Shown: one piece after another, positions 58,441-64,000 of the stretch
Layout: each line of letters opens with the position of its first letter
How positions within the stretch are numbered: position 1 is the stretch's first letter
Virus record (IMG/VR): IMGVR_UViG_3300025890_000021
Span: 1 to 64,000 of that record
Reading direction: 5' to 3' (one strand)
DNA length: 64,000 bases
Source of the DNA: a virus
Lineage: Duplodnaviria > Caudoviricetes
Translations under genes and position numbers: made by a program
Notes under the pieces: generated by a model
What the model saw: the letters and a program-made list of their open reading frames with translations, nothing else
Database searches by the model: none
What the model was told of the DNA's origin: nothing

Positions 58441-59011
58441 ATTCTACTCCTATTTTAAATTTGTAGTACTTCCTACCTTTGATATCATTGTAATCAAAGA
58501 TATTAGTAAGTATCAACTTATCAGATAATTTCCAATTTAATTGAGCATAATCTTCCATATCAAATCTACTCTCACCTGTTAGTCCATCATGAAAATAATA
58601 ACCATCCCATTTTGCTTCTAATGATAATTTACCATTGATTTCTTTTTTCTTTTGTATACCCATCGATAAACCATTTTCAAATTTATCATCTGAATATAAA
58701 CCAGTATAACCAATTGAGTACTCACCATTACGATATCGAATATCTGCTTTACCATATTGTAAATCACGAGATGTTTTATTAACATATTGTGGTTTAAAAT
58801 AAAAGTTCTTAGGTTCCCATTCAAACCATACTTCATCATCAATATAAGATTGTCCTAACTCTCGTTCCCAATCTCTTTTGAAGTATATGTTTTCACTCCT
58901 AAATCCAAGAGCAATTTCATAATCATCTTTGGTGATTGAATCATCGTTAGGTGTTCTCGCACTAAACGAAGTGAATAAAACTAATCCACTTAATAAACTC
59001 TGTAATATCAT
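58421..59011 (-). CDS. Putative small outer-membrane beta-barrel protein
   Basis: Hydrophobic N-terminus; aromatic alternating strands; C-terminal YKFKIGVEYEL. Confidence 0.45.
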   Translation of the reverse strand: MILQSLLSGLVLFTSFSARTPNDDSITKDDYEIALGFRSENIYFKRDWERELGQSYIDDEVWFEWEPKNFYFKPQYVNKTSRDLQYGKADIRYRNGEYSIGYTGLYSDDKFENGLSMGIQKKKEINGKLSLEAKWDGYYFHDGLTGESRFDMEDYAQLNWKLSDKLILTNIFDYNDIKGRKYYKFKIGVEYELGRN

Positions 59012-59148
59012 CTCATTATCCTATCTAATTCAACCCATGCTTCCATCCCTTGAGAAAATTGATACATCATATATAATAAGATACATCCTGCTCCAAGTTT
59101 AAGACTTGTAATTATGATATCAAATATCATCTCTACCTTTGAGTTCAT
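59008..59148 (-). CDS. 46-aa membrane peptide (not in the ORF track)
   Basis: MNSKVEMIFDIIITSLKLGAGCILLYMMYQF...; ATGA overlaps at both ends. Confidence 0.5.
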   Translation of the reverse strand: MNSKVEMIFDIIITSLKLGAGCILLYMMYQFSQGMEAWVELDRIMR

Positions 59149-59276
59149 TTACTCTTTCTCCTTGTGTATCTTCTTCTGGTCTTTGTACCAGTTCTTCTTA
59201 CAACTTTTCTTTTCTTCTTGGGTTTCTTACCAACAAGAATCTCAGTTAGAAGTTCACATGCTTCTATAAATGTCAT
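59145..59276 (-). CDS. 43-aa Arg/Lys-rich peptide (not in the ORF track)
   Basis: MTFIEACELLTEILVGKKPKKKRKVVRRTGTKTRRRYTRRKSK; TAATG coupling. Confidence 0.55.
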   Translation of the reverse strand: MTFIEACELLTEILVGKKPKKKRKVVRRTGTKTRRRYTRRKSK

Positions 59277-59479
59277 TATATGACCTCTACGATTTTAGAT
59301 TCTTTAACTACTTTAACTTCAAATGAGTATGGTGAATCTTTTAACATCTCATTTACTTTTGCTTCAGCAACACTTACTGAATCACACTCAACTAAAAATG
59401 CTCTACGAGTTCTTTTTTCTCTCGTACCATTCTTTGTTGGTATCTCTTCTACGAATACTACTTGTGCTTCATAATACAT
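59276..59479 (-). CDS. DUF4494-like protein
   Basis: YEAQV...NG..K.T...LVE.DS...AE......FEV..VKESKIVEV. Confidence 0.65.
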   Translation of the reverse strand: MYYEAQVVFVEEIPTKNGTREKRTRRAFLVECDSVSVAEAKVNEMLKDSPYSFEVKVVKESKIVEVI

Positions 59480-60419
59480 TATGTATCTCCTTATATTTGT
59501 TAACGGCCAATTCTTTCATCTTTGCTTCGACCATAATATCAACCTCTTGACCATAGGTATCAATATAATCCAACACATAATCTGAATGTGCTTGTGGTCT
59601 AATTTTTGAATCTTCTTGTTCAATACTTCTTGATTCTGAATAGTGAACTGCTGGTTTAATATCACCCCATGTGGAACCTGCTAGTTCTAACGCTTCTTGT
59701 TCCGATAATCCACCATCACAAAATCTGTGGTGATGATAATCAAACACAATAGGTATACCAATTCGTTTGTATACTCCATCGTATAAATCTTGTACTGAGT
59801 ACATGGATGCCTTATCATCATTTTCGATTGTCAATCTTGTTTGTACACTCTCTGGTAACTTGTAAAAGTTCTTACAGAATCTATCCATTGCTGATTCTTT
59901 ATCTCCATATGCACCACCAAGATGAATGTTAATCTTGTTGTAAGGTGTTCTTGATAATCCCATCATATCCATAACATCACCATGTATTGTTAAGTCTTTT
60001 ACACAATTATCAACAACATGATTATGTGGTGATACTAATACATTGAATGGACCTGGATGTGTGGTCAACCTAACACCATGTGTTGTTGCCATTGTTCCAG
60101 CAGAATGTAACCATTGTTTAATCTCATCAATATCTTTTAGGTCATCCCATTCATACTCAGTTTTCCACGGCGTGATATCACTACTCATACGATAGAAATC
60201 ATAACCATTTAATACATTCCATTGTACTATCTGATTTAAATCTTTTACATTTTGTAGGATAAGTTCTGAAGCATAATCAACACCTTTATCATCAAAGGTT
60301 CTACGAATCATACTACGATTTGTTGTGATAGGTTTTGTACCTCTTGGTTTGTTACCATACTTAGTAGGATAGCTCAATGCCATATTGATACATGCATAAC
60401 CAATTTTGTTATTTACCAT
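59469..60419 (-). CDS. uvsE: UV DNA damage endonuclease (UVDE)
   Basis: GYACIN, RMSSD, HPGPF, IHLGG, LTIENDD, FDYHHH, HYSES, HSDY, MVEAKMKE. Confidence 0.93.
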   Translation of the reverse strand: MVNNKIGYACINMALSYPTKYGNKPRGTKPITTNRSMIRRTFDDKGVDYASELILQNVKDLNQIVQWNVLNGYDFYRMSSDITPWKTEYEWDDLKDIDEIKQWLHSAGTMATTHGVRLTTHPGPFNVLVSPHNHVVDNCVKDLTIHGDVMDMMGLSRTPYNKINIHLGGAYGDKESAMDRFCKNFYKLPESVQTRLTIENDDKASMYSVQDLYDGVYKRIGIPIVFDYHHHRFCDGGLSEQEALELAGSTWGDIKPAVHYSESRSIEQEDSKIRPQAHSDYVLDYIDTYGQEVDIMVEAKMKELAVNKYKEIHNVL

Positions 60420-60527
60420 TCTTCATTTCTCCCAAAGTCATTTTTTTCAATTCTCATTTTTAAGTGTTTCTTGTATTGATACATAAAATATATATGTTTC
60501 AAATTTCCCAAATACCAAAGTATTTTT

Positions 60528-60983
60528 CTAATAGCGTTCATTAGCAGGTGTATCATATTCAATTAATCCAGTCATTTCTGATGATGAACGAATTTTTTTA
60601 CCTAAGTTCTGAACGAACTCTATACCTAATTCACTACATACTTTTACCTCTGGTGAATTACTAGCATCTCTATCTCCACCATTACAAAAGATTAGTTTAT
60701 TCATAGGTTTAAATCTATGTACCATCCTAATAGTTTCACATACTGATTTAGTTTCATCACAAGCTAAGATTACTTCATCAACCATATCTAAATGATACAC
60801 GATTTCTAATCTATCATATTCTGCCATAAACTCATCACCCTTTTTCAACATACATTGTTCGTGATTGTTAACAATTACAATTAACTCATCTGCCATCTCT
60901 TTAGCTAATTTGAAATACTCAATATGACCTACATGAAGTGGGTCAAAGTATCCACTAACTATTGCTGTCTTTTTTCTCGACAT
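60528..60983 (-). CDS. Cytidylyltransferase-like nucleotidyltransferase (TagD/RfaE/RibL family); start reassigned to 60983
   Basis: SGYFDPLHVGH (HxGH), ELIVIVNN, FCNGGD. Confidence 0.85.
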   Translation of the reverse strand: MSRKKTAIVSGYFDPLHVGHIEYFKLAKEMADELIVIVNNHEQCMLKKGDEFMAEYDRLEIVYHLDMVDEVILACDETKSVCETIRMVHRFKPMNKLIFCNGGDRDASNSPEVKVCSELGIEFVQNLGKKIRSSSEMTGLIEYDTPANERY

Positions 60984-61113
60984 CTGTCTTACTCTCCTTG
61001 TGTTTCTTTCTAAATATTTTATCCCAATTATCAGAATACTTTTTGTAATCTGATGTTCTTGGTGCACTACCTTTTGTAGTACCTGAATCATATATTGATT
61101 TCTTCTTACTCAT
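60955..61113 (-). CDS. 52-aa basic protein (not in the ORF track)
   Basis: MSKKKSIYDSGTTKGSAPRTSDYKKYSDNWDKIFRKK...; overlaps the def stop codon. Confidence 0.5.
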   Translation of the reverse strand: MSKKKSIYDSGTTKGSAPRTSDYKKYSDNWDKIFRKKHKESKTDVEKKDSNS

Positions 61114-61699
61114 TATTGTTCATCTTCCAATCGTCATATAGTTCCCATCTATCTTCTGATAAAAACTTCTGAGCTTTCTTCCATTTCATCTCTGTAACAA
61201 CATGCCCGTTCTCAATTAATTTAACAATCTCGTTACGGCCAATCTTTTTTGTATCTCGTCTGTAACTTCCAATCTCAATCTTTCTGTCAAATATAGTAGT
61301 ACCATTTAAATGGTCAATCTCATGTTGTACACATATCGATTCAAGACCATCAAACCTCATAGTACCTTTTACATTATCTGATTTGACTTCTACGATTTCA
61401 TATCGTTTAGTGTTTACGCCTTTTTTTGGATAACTTAAACAACCCTCATAATAACTTATCTCATTTTCTTTTGAGATGATTTTTGGGTTAATGAGAACCA
61501 AAGGTTCAGTAACATTGACAACGGCAACTTGTGCATCAATTCCCACTTGATTAGCTGCCAACCCAATACCGTCCCCTCTTTTGTTAAGTATTTGAAATAG
61601 TTCTGTTGCAATAGAGTTTCCCTCTTCAACTGATACCTCTCTAAGTTTCTGATTAATTAAAGGATTTTCATCCTTAAGACAATTTATAACCTTACGCAA
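61106..61699 (-). CDS. def: Peptide deformylase
   Basis: GIGLAANQVG, EGCLS, QHEIDHLNG. Confidence 0.95.
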   Translation of the reverse strand: MRKVINCLKDENPLINQKLREVSVEEGNSIATELFQILNKRGDGIGLAANQVGIDAQVAVVNVTEPLVLINPKIISKENEISYYEGCLSYPKKGVNTKRYEIVEVKSDNVKGTMRFDGLESICVQHEIDHLNGTTIFDRKIEIGSYRRDTKKIGRNEIVKLIENGHVVTEMKWKKAQKFLSEDRWELYDDWKMNNNE

Positions 61700-61701
61700 T
61701 A

Positions 61702-61902
61702 TTACCTCTCAATTAAATAACCTTTTAAATAATCACGAGTCATCTTCTTCTCAACTTTCATTCGCATCTTATAATCCTCGAATGATTCACCCTCTTGTCT
61801 CGTAGGCCCTTGTAGAATTCCACTAATCTGAACTCGTGGGTCTTCGTTCTTCTTCCTCTGTTCCTTAGTTTGGACAGGATGTATAAATTCACTACCTTGC
61901 AT
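61702..61902 (-). CDS. Hypothetical protein (66 aa)
   Basis: SD AAGGAG; charged helical C-terminus. Confidence 0.6.
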   Translation of the reverse strand: MQGSEFIHPVQTKEQRKKNEDPRVQISGILQGPTRQEGESFEDYKMRMKVEKKMTRDYLKGYLIER

Positions 61903-62026
61903 TCTTTAACTCCTTTACTTTGTTCTCGTATAACTTAGCATCTGAATCATTCAGTGCTTTAAACTTAGTACCATCTTTCAATGTGTACCACTTGTAACCA
62001 TCCCATTGGGATTTCTTCTTTGCCAT
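61892..62026 (-). CDS. 44-aa hypothetical protein (not in the ORF track)
   Basis: MAKKKSQWDGYKWYTLKDGTKFKA...; SD AGGAG. Confidence 0.55.
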   Translation of the reverse strand: MAKKKSQWDGYKWYTLKDGTKFKALNDSDAKLYENKVKELKNAR

Positions 62027-62034
62027 ATAAACTC

Positions 62035-62478
62035 CTATATCTTATGGTTTAGAAAATCTTGTTGTTTCTTAGCAGCCTTTTTAAGAGCTTGTTTCTCTTT
62101 GTACTTGGCTACAAGTATCTGGTCTTTAGTACGCCTCTTGACCTTCTTCTTAGGTGGTTTCACCTTAGTAGGTTTAAGTGTACCCTTTAACTTAGGCATC
62201 TCTTTACCTTTGTGAAATACATTACCATCCTTATCTACAAACTCAGCCATCCAATGCCAACCAGCGGGACGACCTGTAGGTTTGTATGCTGGTTTAGTGT
62301 TCTTCTCAAATTCCTCTGGATACATTTTATGTAACCTACCCATCAAGGCCCTATCACCAATTACTTCTTTCACATCAGTACTTACATTCTTGACTGGTTG
62401 ACCTGTGATTTTACAATCCATATATGCCACCCCATCAATAAAGTAACCACCATTATCTTCAAATGTTTTCTTACTCAT
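62035..62478 (-). CDS. Hypothetical basic protein (147 aa)
   Basis: GRPAGWHWM.EFVDKDGNVFHKG; SD AAGGAG. Confidence 0.65.
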   Translation of the reverse strand: MSKKTFEDNGGYFIDGVAYMDCKITGQPVKNVSTDVKEVIGDRALMGRLHKMYPEEFEKNTKPAYKPTGRPAGWHWMAEFVDKDGNVFHKGKEMPKLKGTLKPTKVKPPKKKVKRRTKDQILVAKYKEKQALKKAAKKQQDFLNHKI

Positions 62479-62492
62479 GTAACTCTCCTTTT

Positions 62493-62723
62493 CTAAGCTT
62501 CACCGATTGAACCTGAAGCGATTCCCTCAGTCATTAAAAATTTAATAAAATCATCATCCACACTTTTGGGTGCCAATTTAGCCATTGTCTTTTCCATCTG
62601 TAAATCTATCTCAATTAATTCATTAATTAAATCATAACACAAATCTGCAGCCGTACCTGCACCTGCTTTTGCTGATTCTGCTTCAATTGCTTCTATTCGT
62701 TCTACCAACTTTCTAATGTTCAT
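62493..62723 (-). CDS. Hypothetical protein (76 aa)
   Basis: SD GGAG; starts 19 nt after the tRNA. Confidence 0.55.
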   Translation of the reverse strand: MNIRKLVERIEAIEAESAKAGAGTAADLCYDLINELIEIDLQMEKTMAKLAPKSVDDDFIKFLMTEGIASGSIGEA

Positions 62724-62741
62724 TTAACTCTCCAAATTTTG

Positions 62742-62815
62742 AGTGCAGGACTGGATTCGAACCAGCGAATAATGGATTTGCAATCCACCCCATTAACCAA
62801 CTCTGGCACCTGCAC
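62742..62815 (-). tRNA. tRNA-Cys(GCA); CCA not encoded
   Basis: Acceptor GTGCAGG/CCTGCAC, discriminator U, anticodon arm GTGGA-TTGCAAA-TCCAT, T-arm GCTGG-TTCGAAT-CCAGT. Confidence 0.92.
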
Positions 62816-63062
62816 GGCCCTCTGCCTGTGCCACTCGTTGTTGTAACTTCTTATTCTGTGTCTCAATAATATGTTTACAATACTTTCGTTTAAACTTTCT
62901 ACGATATGTGAATGCTGGACAATCACAACTCCATTCGATTCGTGATGGGTCGAAACGGATATCGTACTTTTTACCTTTGATGGTGTAATGTTCCCAGCCG
63001 TAATCATCTACAACTACACCATCGAACACTTCTATAATATAATCTATTATATTCTGTTCCAT
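62793..63062 (-). CDS. SWIM zinc-finger protein; the last 23 nt lie inside tRNA-Cys
   Basis: WSCDCPAF.YR......CKHI (CxC...CxH). Confidence 0.8.
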   Translation of the reverse strand: MEQNIIDYIIEVFDGVVVDDYGWEHYTIKGKKYDIRFDPSRIEWSCDCPAFTYRRKFKRKYCKHIIETQNKKLQQRVAQAEGRAGARVG

Positions 63063-63163
63063 ACTTTTAAATATTACCTAAGTATAATAATAATCCAAAA
63101 ACAAAGAATATCCAAAGTAGTGTTACGCCTTCGAGTATTCTGTAACCAATAAGTTTCCAACCC

Positions 63164-63463
63164 CTATATTCCATATGCAAACTCCATCTTACCAATTAAA
63201 TAATCTTCTTCTGATGGAACTGAAGTACCACACATCCTATTGGTCATGTCGTTTTCCAAATCTTCCATCAAAGAACTTTGACCTTCTTTACTCATCCAAT
63301 TAAACCTATGGAAATGAGTACCCTCAGAATCAACTCGCCACATCTCAACTATCTTAATCCCATCAGAGATTGAAGAATAACAATACTCAACAATGAGTTT
63401 GTTTCCCTCGAAGTTTGTGGATGAATCCAACTTACCAAATGTCTTTTCAAAAGTGTATGTCAT
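63164..63463 (-). CDS. Hypothetical protein (99 aa)
   Basis: SD AAGGAG, directly downstream of a sigma70 promoter. Confidence 0.6.
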   Translation of the reverse strand: MTYTFEKTFGKLDSSTNFEGNKLIVEYCYSSISDGIKIVEMWRVDSEGTHFHRFNWMSKEGQSSLMEDLENDMTNRMCGTSVPSEEDYLIGKMEFAYGI

Positions 63464-63488
63464 ATTTTCTCCTTAATTAATACCCCTT

Positions 63489-63527
63489 AATATAAGGCTA
63501 TTTGCCTATACATGTCAAGTGTTTTTT
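63489..63527 (-). promoter_or_regulatory. Sigma70-type promoter (TTGACA-N18-TATATT) with A-rich UP element
   Basis: Consensus -35; twin of the 52622-52660 promoter. Confidence 0.75.
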
Positions 63528-64000
63528 TCATTTTTTTAAAACTTTTTTTCTAATCTTAGTAGGTAATGCCTGTAAGTTAGTGATATCATTAACGATACGA
63601 GTTTTAGTCATCATAGTAATTTTATCATCTTTATACAATTCTTTAAGATAATCTAATGCAGGAAAGTAACCATTATCCATATAATAATTAATACAACCCC
63701 ATACAACTAACCGATATGGTTTGGATTTATTCTTAAGTGGTTTACCCTTTGGGCTTGGCAATTTCTTGGGCTGGAACTTACCAACTTGATAATCTTTTAA
63801 CCACCTATCCCAAGAGTTATCAGCATAAATACCTTTGGCAGTACGATTACCACCAACACTTCTTCTATCCATTTTCTTAAGATTGTTGGATGCAGTTTTA
63901 GATACAGGTTGTACAAATGCACCAGTCTTATGTGGATAAACTACATGGGCCGAATACTTCTCAGTATCCGAACACTCTATACATTCCTTATAGCCCAGAT
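63528..64000 (-). CDS. 5'-truncated ORF with CxxC (TraR/DksA C4 zinc-finger-like half site)
   Basis: The frame stays open upstream of the tracked Met: LGYKECIECSDTEKY...KKMDRRS. Confidence 0.55.
   Translation of the reverse strand, partial: LGYKECIECSDTEKYSAHVVYPHKTGAFVQPVSKTASNNLKKMDRRSVGGNRTAKGIYADNSWDRWLKDYQVGKFQPKKLPSPKGKPLKNKSKPYRLVVWGCINYYMDNGYFPALDYLKELYKDDKITMMTKTRIVNDITNLQALPTKIRKKVLKK

Noticed and set aside
62720-63007. 95-aa minus-strand ORF spanning the tRNA
   Set aside because: Overlaps both the SWIM gene (other frame) and the whole tRNA; no recognisable features.
60490-63118. Two TACTTTGG-containing upstream regions as Bacteroidota TAnnTTTG promoters
   Set aside because: The spacing does not match TAnnTTTG; they fit better as weak sigma70 -35 variants and are too degenerate to call.
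1-64000. CRISPR array, diversity-generating retroelement, integrase/transposase, stop-codon recoding
   Set aside because: No regularly spaced repeat-spacer array, no reverse transcriptase or adenine-specific repeat pair, and no recombinase motifs. Genes read fully in the standard code, with TAA, TAG and TGA all used as stops.

Overview
AT-rich segment of a large T4-like (myovirus-type) phage genome. Nearly all genes are on the minus strand and tightly packed, and they read in the standard genetic code. Left to right on the + strand: (1) glycosyltransferases and a methyltransferase interleaved with two Ser/Thr/Gly-rich proteins that end in Hint domains; (2) a 4142-aa repeat-rich tail protein with a C-terminal S74 chaperone; (3) replication/recombination genes (fused SbcD-SbcC, primase, resolvase-like nuclease); (4) an outer-membrane cassette with a T9SS-CTD cohesin/dockerin protein, a PorV-like barrel, CsgG-like proteins and a 19-aa, 9-Cys micropeptide; (5) baseplate genes (gp6, gp25, gp5-like, and a 1629-aa protein with an internal Hint domain); (6) a GH6 glycoside hydrolase, a sigma-like factor and an HD hydrolase; (7) a four-gene operon (SPPY methyltransferase, atypical thymidylate-synthase-fold enzyme, AsnB, PLP enzyme) that looks like an unassigned DNA base-modification pathway; (8) tmRNA with a non-canonical tag, UvsE, peptide deformylase, tRNA-Cys and small genes. 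A by-eye scan found no GATC in the window. FCB-type envelope genes together with strong Shine-Dalgarno sites and sigma70 promoters suggest a non-Bacteroidota FCB host such as Marinimicrobia (inference). All family calls come from motif recognition; no database searches were run.
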